NCBI GenBank assembly: GCA_035689585.1
Contig: DASSLJ010000066.1
Span: 1-32,506 of the forward strand
Length of the DNA: 32,506 nt
Reading direction: 5' to 3'
Origin: Candidatus Dormiibacterota bacterium
GTDB taxonomy: Bacteria; Chloroflexota; Dormibacteria; Dormibacterales; Dormibacteraceae
Below the pieces are notes generated by a model. That model was not told the DNA's origin, did no database searches, and saw only the letters and a program-made list of their open reading frames with translations. Shown one piece after another: positions 22,473-30,766 of the stretch. Each line of letters opens with the position of its first letter. Position 1 is the first letter of the stretch. The translations under genes and the position numbers were made by a program.

Positions 22473-24115
22473 TCCCGCAGTATCGAGGCGACCAGGGCCA
22501 ACCCTCCGATCGCCGCGACGATGAAGAACGTCATCGCGATGCCGGGATAGCCGAGCAGCGTGAAATGCGTCGGCACACGCATCAAGAGCGCCGCACCGAT
22601 GATCAATGCGGACAGAACGAGACCGATCGTGATGCGATTCGCGATCTTGTGGATTCCACTCATCAGCCGGTCCTCGTCGAACGCGTCGACTTTGATCTCG
22701 ACGTCGTTGTTCGCGACGTGCTCGAGGATTCGATTGAGCTGTCCAGGGACGTTGACGACGAAATCCTTGGCCTCGAGCACGTTCGTGAAGAGGCTGCCGG
22801 GCGTGGCGCTCTTCATCAGTCGCTGCTGAAGGATCTCGGCCGCATTCATTCGGATCGCCTCGTTCGGGTCGAAGTCGGGGTCGAGGGTGCGTCCGACGTG
22901 GTCGAGGTTGATGAGGGCGCGGGCAAGCAGCACCATCTCAGGTGGAAGCCGAAGACCGGACCTCGCGGCGATGCCGGACACGTCCATGATCCGGCGTCCA
23001 AGCTGCATCTGCTCGAGTGAGTGTCCGCCGCTCGTCTGGGACACGAACTCCGCCACCGCGTCCGCGACCGCCTGACGGTTGAAGCCGTCCGTCGGGCGGC
23101 CGATCTTGACGAGGATGTCGACTGCATCGTCGCTGCGGCCTTCCGACATCGCCAGCACCAGGCGCAGCAGCTGCTCCTGCAGGTTGGGGCTCAACGTTCC
23201 GGTCATTCCGAGGTCGAGGAGCGCGATACGCCCGTCCTCGGTCAGGAACACGTTGCCCGGATGGGGATCCGCGTGGAAGAAGCCATCGGCAAGGATCTGC
23301 TTCAGGTACGCGGCAAAGAGCTCCTCCGCAAGCTCGCGCCCGTCGAGCTCGAGGCGGCGCAGCGGGCTCAGCTTCGTGATCTTGCGACCGCGTACGAAGT
23401 CCATCGTCAGCACGCGCGTGGTCGTGAAGTCCAGGACCGGTTGCGGGATGACGATCCGCTCGAACTCGGAGAGATTGCGACCGATCACCGTCATGTTCTC
23501 GGCTTCCTTGCGATAGTCAAGCTCGCGATAGAGCGTCTTGCGAAATTCCGCCATCGTCTCGCTGAACGAATACCCACGGCCGACCTCTGTATGTCCGTCC
23601 AGAAACTCGGCGATGTCATCGAGCGCGTCGAGGTCGTTGTCGATGCGCTCGCGAATGCCCGGACGCTGAACTTTGATGGCGACGTCACGGCCGTCGTGCA
23701 GGACCGCGTGATGCACCTGGCCCAGCGACGCGGAAGCGACTGGCTCCGGATCGATGCGCGCGAAAAGTTTCGAGGTCCGCACGCCGAGCTCTGTCGCGAT
23801 GATGTGCTCCGCCTGCTCGAAGGGAAACGGCTCGACGTGGTCCTGTAGCCTCGACAGGGCCGATATGTATTCGGCCGGCAGAAGGTCGTGGCGCGTCGAA
23901 AGCAGCTGGCCGAGCTTGATGAAGGTCGGACCGAGTCGCTCGAGGTCCTGGGCGAGCGACGTCGCCTTGGCGGCCTCGGCGGCGTCATCCGGCGGCTCCT
24001 CGACCGCCTCTTCGAGGCCGGCGCGATGGACCGCGTTGCTGCCGCCGTACTTCAACAGCAGTAGAGCGATGTCGCGATAGCGCTTCAGGCGCTGCGGCCG
24101 CAGCGAGATCCCCAC
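22469..24115 (-). CDS. ABC1/UbiB (AarF) atypical kinase family protein with C-terminal TM helices
   Basis: LGPTFIKLGQLLSTRHDLLP, ASASLGQVH, VAIKVQRPG, FHADPHPGNVFL, LDLGMTG. Hydrophobic C-terminus. GTG start at 24115. Confidence 0.9.
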   Translation of the reverse strand: MGISLRPQRLKRYRDIALLLLKYGGSNAVHRAGLEEAVEEPPDDAAEAAKATSLAQDLERLGPTFIKLGQLLSTRHDLLPAEYISALSRLQDHVEPFPFEQAEHIIATELGVRTSKLFARIDPEPVASASLGQVHHAVLHDGRDVAIKVQRPGIRERIDNDLDALDDIAEFLDGHTEVGRGYSFSETMAEFRKTLYRELDYRKEAENMTVIGRNLSEFERIVIPQPVLDFTTTRVLTMDFVRGRKITKLSPLRRLELDGRELAEELFAAYLKQILADGFFHADPHPGNVFLTEDGRIALLDLGMTGTLSPNLQEQLLRLVLAMSEGRSDDAVDILVKIGRPTDGFNRQAVADAVAEFVSQTSGGHSLEQMQLGRRIMDVSGIAARSGLRLPPEMVLLARALINLDHVGRTLDPDFDPNEAIRMNAAEILQQRLMKSATPGSLFTNVLEAKDFVVNVPGQLNRILEHVANNDVEIKVDAFDEDRLMSGIHKIANRITIGLVLSALIIGAALLMRVPTHFTLLGYPGIAMTFFIVAAIGGLALVASILRD

Positions 24116-24151
24116 GTCAAGTAAACGCGCCGCAAGCGTTTCCTTCTACGC

Positions 24152-25495
24152 ATGGCGACCACCCGCGCGAACCTGCAGACAGTCGAATTGAACCCGACGC
24201 CGCTGGAGCGGTACCGCTCCGTGCTGGGCGAAGAGCCCTGGACGGCGTTCTCGAACTCCATGCGCAGCTTCGCGAACCGGGTTCGCGGAAGGGTCGTCTG
24301 GAACGTGAACTCGACCGCGCGGGGCGGCGGCGTCGCCGAGATGCTGGACGCGCTGATCCCGTACGACATGGCGGCCGGCGTGGACGAGCGCTGGCTGGTG
24401 ATCGAGGGCTCGCCCGACTTCTTCGAGGTGACCAAAAAGATGCACACGCTGCTCCACGGCGTGGCGCCCGACGGAGCCGAGCTCACAGCCGCCGATCGCG
24501 ACATGTACGAACGCACCCTCGAACCGAACGTCGCCGCGCTGCTCGAGGTGATGCGGCCGGGCGATCTCGCCGTGCTCCACGATCCCCAGACGGTCGGGCT
24601 CATCCCGGCGCTCACGCGCCTGGGCGTCAAGGTCGTGTGGAGATCGCACATCGGCGTCGACGAGCCGAACGACATCGTCCGAGGCGCGTGGCGTTTTCTT
24701 GCTCCATACCTGAGCACGGCCTCCGCGGTCGTGTTCTCGCGAGGCGCTTACGTGTGGGACGGCTGCGAGCCGTCTCGCGTTCGCATCATCGCGCCGTGCA
24801 TCGACCCGTTTACGAACAAGAACCGGGAGCTCGACACGCGGGAGATCAACGATGTCCTGTCGCGTTCACACCTGATCGATCGTGTGCCGGCTAGCGCGCG
24901 TTTCGTGATGCAGGTCTCTCGCTGGGACCGGCTCAAGGACCCGGTCGGCGTCGTCGAAGCGTTCGGCCGCCACATAGGTCCGGGGACAGATGCATGGCTC
25001 GTTCTCGCAGGACCGCAGGTGAAGTCCGTCGACGACGACCCCGAGCAGCCGGAAGTCATCGCAGAGGTGCAGAACGCCGTGGGTCGCGTCGATAACGCCA
25101 TACGCGATCGCATCGTCATCGCCCAGATATCCATGGAAGATCTCGACGAGAACGCGTTGATCGTCAACGCGCTGCAGCGCCGCGCCCACGTCGTCGTGCA
25201 GAAGAGCCTCGCCGAGGGATTCGGACTCACCGTCGCCGAGGCGATGTGGAAGTCGCGGCCGCTGGTCGCAAGCCGTGTGGGCGGGATCGAGGACCAGATC
25301 GAGAGCCAGAAGAGCGGGATCCTGGTAGACGATCCGAAAGACCTCCGCGGCTTCGGCGACGCTGTCGTCGACCTGCTCGAAGATCGGCCTCGCGCGGAAG
25401 AGCTTGGCCGCGCGGCAAGGCTTCGCGTCGTGAGCGAGTTCCTCGCGCCGCGGCACCTGCTGCAGCAGGCGGAGCTGCTCTCAAGCCTCGTCTAA
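24152..25495 (+). CDS. treT: GT4 glycosyltransferase, TreT-like trehalose synthase
   Basis: The N-terminal LERYRSVLGEEP...VNSTARGGGVAEMLDALIPY...ERWLVIEGSPDFFEVTKKMHTLLHG closely parallels archaeal/bacterial TreT as I remember it. The C-terminal GT-B motif is EGFGLTVAEAMWKSRPLVASRVGGIEDQI. Confidence 0.72.
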   Translation: MATTRANLQTVELNPTPLERYRSVLGEEPWTAFSNSMRSFANRVRGRVVWNVNSTARGGGVAEMLDALIPYDMAAGVDERWLVIEGSPDFFEVTKKMHTLLHGVAPDGAELTAADRDMYERTLEPNVAALLEVMRPGDLAVLHDPQTVGLIPALTRLGVKVVWRSHIGVDEPNDIVRGAWRFLAPYLSTASAVVFSRGAYVWDGCEPSRVRIIAPCIDPFTNKNRELDTREINDVLSRSHLIDRVPASARFVMQVSRWDRLKDPVGVVEAFGRHIGPGTDAWLVLAGPQVKSVDDDPEQPEVIAEVQNAVGRVDNAIRDRIVIAQISMEDLDENALIVNALQRRAHVVVQKSLAEGFGLTVAEAMWKSRPLVASRVGGIEDQIESQKSGILVDDPKDLRGFGDAVVDLLEDRPRAEELGRAARLRVVSEFLAPRHLLQQAELLSSLV

Positions 25496-25506
25496 CATCG
25501 CCGTTC

Positions 25507-25848
25507 ATGGCGATCACATTTGTCGATTCGGAACAACTGCCCAAAGACGTCATCACGCGCGACTTCGTCGGTGAGAAGTTCGGCGGCGTCGGCGCGTGCG
25601 TGATCTTTGTGGACGCACCGCCGGGTGCGGGTCCGAAGCTCCACCGCCACCCGTACGTCGAACTGCTCATCGTCACCGAAGGGACGGCAACGTTCCGAGA
25701 TGGGACGTCGACACGCGAAGTTCGCGCCGGCGAGATGGCGGTCGTCGATCCCAATCAACCGCACGCGTTCGTCAACAGCGGCACAGGCCCTTTGCGCCAG
25801 ATCGACGTCCACCTGAGTCCAAGATTCGTCACAGAATGGCTCGAGTAG
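25507..25848 (+). CDS. cupin domain protein (113 aa)
   Basis: 3' part of ORF 25246..25848. Cupin motifs LHRHPYVELLIVTEGTATF and PNQPHAFVN. The ATG at 25507 is 11 nt after the treT-like stop. Confidence 0.75.
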   Translation: MAITFVDSEQLPKDVITRDFVGEKFGGVGACVIFVDAPPGAGPKLHRHPYVELLIVTEGTATFRDGTSTREVRAGEMAVVDPNQPHAFVNSGTGPLRQIDVHLSPRFVTEWLE

Positions 25849-26837
25849 ACCCGCACGATCCGGGCGCGGAAAAGGCGGGCGCGCGGGCCGAGCAGGCGGG
25901 CGGCGCCGCGGACAAGCCCATCCGCGTCGGTAAAGGCGAAGCTCGGTTCGGCACCGCGAGCTGGACCGATCCGACGATGACCGCGCCGGGCGTCTTCTAT
26001 CCAAAGGGCCTGAGCACCGCCGAGGACAGGCTTCGCTACTACTCGAGCCAGTTCCCGGTCGTCGAGGTCGACTCGACGTACTACGCCCTGCCCAACAAGC
26101 GCACGTCGGAAAGCTGGGTCGAACGGACGCCGAAAGACTTCGTGTTCGACATCAAGGCCCATGCGCTCATGACCGGACAGCCGACCGAGGTCTCGAGGCT
26201 GCCAAAAGCAATCAAGGAAGAGCTGCCGTCCGAGCTCACCGAGAAGAAGCGCATCTACCGCAAGGACATGCCGAACGAGCTGCTGGACGCGGTGTATCAA
26301 CAGTTCCGCGACGCGCTCGCGCCGCTCATCGACGCGGGCAAGCTAGGTGCGGTGTTCGTGCAGTTTCCAAAATGGGTCTTTCCGTCGAATGAGGCACGCG
26401 AGCTGATCCTGGAAACGCGCCGGCGCCTGGACCTGCCGATCGCCGTCGAATTCCGGCACGGCAGCTGGTTCAACGAGAAGAATGCCGAGCGCACGATCAA
26501 GTTCCTGCAGGACAACAAGATTCCCTACGTCGCGGTCGACGAGCCCCAGGGATTCAAGAGCTCCGTTCCACCCGTGATCTTTCCGACCAACGACGAGCTC
26601 GCGGTGTTTCGCTTCCATGGACGGAACAAGGAGAACTGGGAGAAGAAGGACATTCCACCGTCAGAGCGATTCCGGTATCTCTACGACGAGGACGAGCTCG
26701 CGGACTGGACGCCCAAGATCGCAGCGATCGCAAAGCAGACCAAACAGACGCACGTCGTCTACAACAACTGCTTTTCCAACTACGGCACGACCAACGCACG
26801 CGAGGCGGCGCAGCTCCTCGCGGAGATGCAGACCTAA
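25836..26837 (+). CDS. DUF72 (YecE/UPF0759) family protein
   Basis: 3' part of ORF 25596..26837. Contains FGTASWTD...YYSSQFPVVEVDSTYYALP...FRHGSWF...YVAVDEPQG. The ATG at 25836 overlaps the cupin end by 13 nt and adds a low-complexity leader of about 35 aa. Confidence 0.8.
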   Translation: MARVDPHDPGAEKAGARAEQAGGAADKPIRVGKGEARFGTASWTDPTMTAPGVFYPKGLSTAEDRLRYYSSQFPVVEVDSTYYALPNKRTSESWVERTPKDFVFDIKAHALMTGQPTEVSRLPKAIKEELPSELTEKKRIYRKDMPNELLDAVYQQFRDALAPLIDAGKLGAVFVQFPKWVFPSNEARELILETRRRLDLPIAVEFRHGSWFNEKNAERTIKFLQDNKIPYVAVDEPQGFKSSVPPVIFPTNDELAVFRFHGRNKENWEKKDIPPSERFRYLYDEDELADWTPKIAAIAKQTKQTHVVYNNCFSNYGTTNAREAAQLLAEMQT

Positions 26838-26857
26838 AGACGTCCAACATCGCCACC

Positions 26858-26911
26858 TTTGGCGCCAAAAGACCCTTTCGGCGGGTCGAATTTGGGGGCG
26901 TTTGGCGCCAA
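26858..26911. repeat. doublet of TTTGGC|GCCAA(A) palindromes, centres 43 bp apart
   Basis: TTTGGCGCCAAA at 26858-26869 and TTTGGCGCCAA at 26901-26911 (extended CGTTTGGC|GCCAAGCG), in the 90-bp convergent spacer between the DUF72 and DUF2461 genes. Confidence 0.5.
26871..26887. terminator. candidate bidirectional terminator hairpin
   Basis: AAAA-GACCC-TTTCGGC-GGGTC-GAATTT: a 5-bp stem and 7-nt loop, flanked by an A-run and a T-run, between convergent genes. The stem is short. Confidence 0.4.
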
Positions 26912-26927
26912 GCGTTTCCGCGGTGCG

Positions 26928-27554
26928 TCAGTCCACGTAGCGGGCGCACCAGGCGTCGAGGGCCGAGCCGTCGCGCCACGCCTGCGCCACTCGGTCCTTC
27001 GCCTTCGCCGTCGCGATCCACGGCCCGACCGGCCAGCGCTTCGAGTAGATCAGGCGCTTGTGGCGAAGCAGATCTCCGCGCGGATGGTCCTGCGGATAAG
27101 GCGGCGGCACGCGCTTGAGCTCCTGGCCCCAAACGTCGTAACCCATGTCCCTCAGCTCGGTCACGATGCGCACGAGCTCCTTGCCGGATTTGTCGGCGGC
27201 CACCGCCTGGCGCAGCTTCTTGAGCTCGGCGTCCTCGACCATGTATCGCCCGCCCGCGGCGACCAGCCCCTCTGCGTCCAGCGACACATAGCCGCCGCGC
27301 TCGAGATCCGCGTAGATGTTCAGCTTGTACGGTGACTTGTCGGCGCTGAACCGAATGTCACGATTCGGACGCGATACGCGACGCGGCGGACCGAACTCCT
27401 CTTCGAGGTCGGCGAGCAGCGCGAGCATCGGCGCCTTCACATCGTCTTCGTACTGCTTCCGGTGCGCCTCGAACCAGGGCTTGTTGTTGTTTGCGCGAAG
27501 GCCGAGAAAGTAGCCGGTGAAGTCGCCCTTCCAACCCTTGAACCGATCCGCCAT
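26928..27554 (-). CDS. DUF2461 (TIGR02453) family protein
   Basis: NNNKPWFEAHRKQYEDDVKAPM and RPNRDIRFSADKSPYK. ATG at 27552-27554, 10 nt after the PrpD-family stop. Confidence 0.8.
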   Translation of the reverse strand: MADRFKGWKGDFTGYFLGLRANNNKPWFEAHRKQYEDDVKAPMLALLADLEEEFGPPRRVSRPNRDIRFSADKSPYKLNIYADLERGGYVSLDAEGLVAAGGRYMVEDAELKKLRQAVAADKSGKELVRIVTELRDMGYDVWGQELKRVPPPYPQDHPRGDLLRHKRLIYSKRWPVGPWIATAKAKDRVAQAWRDGSALDAWCARYVD

Positions 27555-27564
27555 CGCGGCGATG

Positions 27565-28992
27565 TTAGGCCGTCGCGCGAACCCTCGGCCGGCCCGCTCG
27601 GCCCAGGAGCTGTGCGAGCTCCGACACCTGGATCGAATCGAGGTCGTGGATCGCTTGCGGAATGTCGCGCCGCAGCGATGAGTCGAGCCGCCCCCCGGTC
27701 AGGCGATCGAATTTCGCGAGCACGCCGTCCCAATCACGGCGGCGCGTGCGCGCGAAGCCGAGGAAATCCGGCTTCTCGCCCTGCAGCTCGCGTCCATCCC
27801 GCAGAACGACGCGGACGCGGCAGGGGATCTCCTTCGGGTAGCGCATGGTGAGATCCTCGCGCTGGCGTATCCAGACCCGTTTCATCAGCTCCTGGACGTC
27901 GGGCCGCGAGAGGCGCTCCTCCTGGAACTGCTCGGGCCAGACGTCACCGTCGAGCAGCGCGACCGCACACATGTAAGGAAGAGAATGGTCGCCCTGCTCT
28001 TTGCTGCGGACGACCGCGCGGTCTCCGGCCTGGCCGCCGCCGACGATGTTGTGCACCTGTTTGACGGCGTCGACCTCGACGCGTGCGATGTCCTCGGCAC
28101 GGAGCTGGTGCTCCTCGCGCATCTCGAGCAGGCACTCGAGAACCGATTGCGTATGGCCCTCGGCGTTGTAGCGCTTGATCGAGCTCTCCGTGAACCGGTT
28201 GAGCTTTTCTTTCGGCCAGTCGACCTCCACCCTCTCGCCCACCACCTCCTCCCAACCCTGCGGTCCCTCCATCAGGTTGAGCGGCCCGGTGATGCCTCGC
28301 GTCGCGAGCAGGGTCATGTGCATGCATGACATGGCGGCCTGCGCCGACGCAAAGCCTTTCCACCGCGACAGCAGACCGGTGCGTACGACCCACAGGTTCG
28401 TCGTTGAGCACGCGCACATCGCAATCGCGTTCGCCGCGATGCGGCGATCCAAACCAAGCGCGTTGGACACCGCCGCCGGGATGGAGAACGGCAGATGGCT
28501 GACGTGGTCGAAGCCTTTCTCCTGCAGCGGCGCGCGCTGGCTGAAGATGGCCTGCAGCTGGTATGCGACCGCCAGCGCCGTCAGCAGCTGCCGGCCCGAA
28601 GCGCCGGCGATCTCAGACGCGGCAAGGACAGCGGCGAAATTGTCCGATGGGTGAAAGCTCTGCCCGCGGACGTACATGATGTCCATGAAGTCGAGGTAAC
28701 GGACCAGCGCTCCGTTGAAGAAGGCGGCGCGGTCGGGTGCGGTGCGCCCGCCCCCGATGAGCGTGCACCACTCGGAGCCGCCCAGGTCGCTGATCAAACC
28801 CTGAGCCGCGTCGGTCGGCTCTCGGCCCAACGCACCGATCGCGCAGCCGACGGTGTCGAGGACCAGGACCTTCAGGTAGGGCAGGTCGCTCGTCGCGATG
28901 TCATCGAACTTGCGGCCCACGGCCCAGTCCGCTATGCGCTCGAGCTTTTGCGGCTCGGGCTTCTCGTTCGCCGCTCGCTTTTCCGCTCCCAT
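27565..28992 (-). CDS. MmgE/PrpD family protein (2-methylcitrate dehydratase-like)
   Basis: DDIATSDLPYLKVLVLDTVGCAIGAL, HPSDNFAAVLAASE, and family-typical length. Start set to the ATG at 28990-28992. The TTG-extended 15 codons have non-coding-like third positions. Confidence 0.88.
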   Translation of the reverse strand: MGAEKRAANEKPEPQKLERIADWAVGRKFDDIATSDLPYLKVLVLDTVGCAIGALGREPTDAAQGLISDLGGSEWCTLIGGGRTAPDRAAFFNGALVRYLDFMDIMYVRGQSFHPSDNFAAVLAASEIAGASGRQLLTALAVAYQLQAIFSQRAPLQEKGFDHVSHLPFSIPAAVSNALGLDRRIAANAIAMCACSTTNLWVVRTGLLSRWKGFASAQAAMSCMHMTLLATRGITGPLNLMEGPQGWEEVVGERVEVDWPKEKLNRFTESSIKRYNAEGHTQSVLECLLEMREEHQLRAEDIARVEVDAVKQVHNIVGGGQAGDRAVVRSKEQGDHSLPYMCAVALLDGDVWPEQFQEERLSRPDVQELMKRVWIRQREDLTMRYPKEIPCRVRVVLRDGRELQGEKPDFLGFARTRRRDWDGVLAKFDRLTGGRLDSSLRRDIPQAIHDLDSIQVSELAQLLGRAGRPRVRATA

Positions 28993-29114
28993 CAATGGGA
29001 CAACGCGTGGCGCTTGTGAACTCGGGCCGGTAGACAAAACCCTCGAGTTCCGGGCGGAAGCGAATGCCTCGCAATCACGGTTCCGGCCGCACCAGGCGTT
29101 ATGTCAGTTGAGGG

Positions 29115-30173
29115 ATGCATGCGCTCGACTGGGGCAGGCTTCGGGACCAGTGCCTGGTAGGGCTGGCCGTGATCGCGTTCCTGTGGGTCGGGAGCCTGAT
29201 CATCGGCCGGGTGCTGCACATCGTCGTCGTGCTCCTGCTGGCTTTGGTCCTGGCTTACGCCCTCGAACCGGCGCTGTCGTGGGCACAGAGGGTTCTTCCC
29301 CGCGTACTGGCCGCCCTCCTTATCTATGTGTTCGCCCTGGGGCTCATCGCGGGCGGGATCCTGCTCATCGCGCCCGCGTTGATCCAGCAGTCAGGGGCGC
29401 TCGCCGAAAAGCTGCCCCTGTACCTCAGCGAGCTCAGTGGCTATCAGCCGCTCTCGGGAATCGACATCGCGGGCTCGCTTCGCTCGCTCGCGGAGTCGAC
29501 CGTGTCGAGCGCCGTCAACGTAGCGGCGGCGATCGCAGGCGGGATCGTCGACACGGTCCTCGTGCTGGTCCTCGGTTTCTGGTTCATGGTCGACGGCCAC
29601 CGCATGGCGTACTTTGCGACGCATCTCTTTCCACCTGCGCAACGCGACAAAGCGAGCTTCGTGCAGGACACCGTGAGCCAGGTCCTCGGCGCATACATTC
29701 GCGGCCAGCTGCTCATGGCCGCGATCATCGGCACGTCGGCCGGACTCGGGTCATGGGCGCTCGGCGTCCATTACCCCGTGCTCATAGGGATCCTTGCATT
29801 CTTCTTCGAGCTGATCCCGATGGTGGGACCCATCCTCGCTTCGCTGCCCGCCGTGATGATCAGCCTCACCCAGCCGCTGCCTCTCGTCATCTACGTGGTG
29901 ATCTTCTTCGTCATCATGCAGGTGATCGAGAACAACGTCCTCGCGCCGCGCATCACCGGCGGAGCGGTGGGACTGCATCCCGTGATCGCGCTGCTCGCCG
30001 TCGTCATCGGCGCCGACCTTGGTGGCATCGTGGGCGCTCTGTTCGCGGTTCCGGTCGCAGGCGTTGCGTCGGTGTTGATCGCCGCGGTCTGGAAAGGTTG
30101 GCGCGGTGAGCCGGTGATTGTGGAGCGCGCGGGCATGCGTTTTCGATTGCCCAAGAAACGAGCCGCGGCATAA
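29115..30173 (+). CDS. AI-2E family transporter (PerM/UPF0118)
   Basis: ELIPMVGPILASLPAV and VIENNVLAPRITGGAVGLHPVIALLAVVIGADLGGIVGALFAVPVAG. About 8 TM spans. Confidence 0.88.
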   Translation: MHALDWGRLRDQCLVGLAVIAFLWVGSLIIGRVLHIVVVLLLALVLAYALEPALSWAQRVLPRVLAALLIYVFALGLIAGGILLIAPALIQQSGALAEKLPLYLSELSGYQPLSGIDIAGSLRSLAESTVSSAVNVAAAIAGGIVDTVLVLVLGFWFMVDGHRMAYFATHLFPPAQRDKASFVQDTVSQVLGAYIRGQLLMAAIIGTSAGLGSWALGVHYPVLIGILAFFFELIPMVGPILASLPAVMISLTQPLPLVIYVVIFFVIMQVIENNVLAPRITGGAVGLHPVIALLAVVIGADLGGIVGALFAVPVAGVASVLIAAVWKGWRGEPVIVERAGMRFRLPKKRAAA

Positions 30174-30254
30174 CGTCAAAAAAACCGTCAATCGGTATCG
30201 CTTCCAACAGCAGGCGTTCCACTCGTAGAACCACAAATCACGGGAGGATGCCGT

Positions 30255-30740
30255 ATGCCGATCACAACTGCGCAGGAGAAGTTCGCGCATGAGCTTGCCG
30301 ACATGTATGACGCCGAGCACAAATTTCTCGACGCCATGGGCAAGATGCGCGACAAAGCCTCCGACCCGAAACTGCAGACGATGCTCGAAGAGCACATGCA
30401 GCAGACCGAGCGGCAGATCCAGAACCTCGAGCAGGTGTTCGCGGAAGCCGGCGAGCAGCCACAGCGCCAGGAATGCATGGGCGCGAAGGGTCTCGTCGAC
30501 GAGGCGTCGAAGATGATGGAGGAGTCGGGCACCGACGAGATCCGCGACGCCGTTATCGCAGGCGGCGCGGCCAAGGCCGAGCACTACGAGATGTCGGCCT
30601 ACAGCGATCTGATCGACGGGGCCGAGATGCTCAAGATGCGCAAGGCCGTGAAGCTCCTGACGGAGAACCGCGACCAGGAAGTATCGACTGCCCGCAAGCT
30701 CGAAAGACTCGCGCCGAAGCTCGGCAAGGCGGCAGCGTAG
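30255..30740 (+). CDS. DUF892 (YciE/YciF-like ferritin-like) stress protein
   Basis: FAHELADMYDAEHKFLDAM, EEHMQQTERQIQNLEQVF, KAEHYEMSAYSDLI. GGGAGGA lies 6 nt upstream of the ATG. Confidence 0.85.
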   Translation: MPITTAQEKFAHELADMYDAEHKFLDAMGKMRDKASDPKLQTMLEEHMQQTERQIQNLEQVFAEAGEQPQRQECMGAKGLVDEASKMMEESGTDEIRDAVIAGGAAKAEHYEMSAYSDLIDGAEMLKMRKAVKLLTENRDQEVSTARKLERLAPKLGKAAA

Positions 30741-30766
30741 TTCTGCTGCTCGCCTTTCTCACTACG

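Noticed and set aside
26881-26900. GCGGGTCGAATTTGGGGGC resembles a tRNA T-arm/T-loop (GGTTCGAAT)
   Set aside because: There is no complementary T-stem 3' half (CCCGC), and no acceptor, D or anticodon arms around it. This is not a tRNA or tmRNA fragment.
28898-30109. 403-aa + strand ORF spanning the PrpD start, the spacer and the AI-2E gene
   Set aside because: It is out of frame with the AI-2E transporter, whose frame shows the family motifs. The product is an Arg/Pro/Gly-rich string, so it is a shadow frame.
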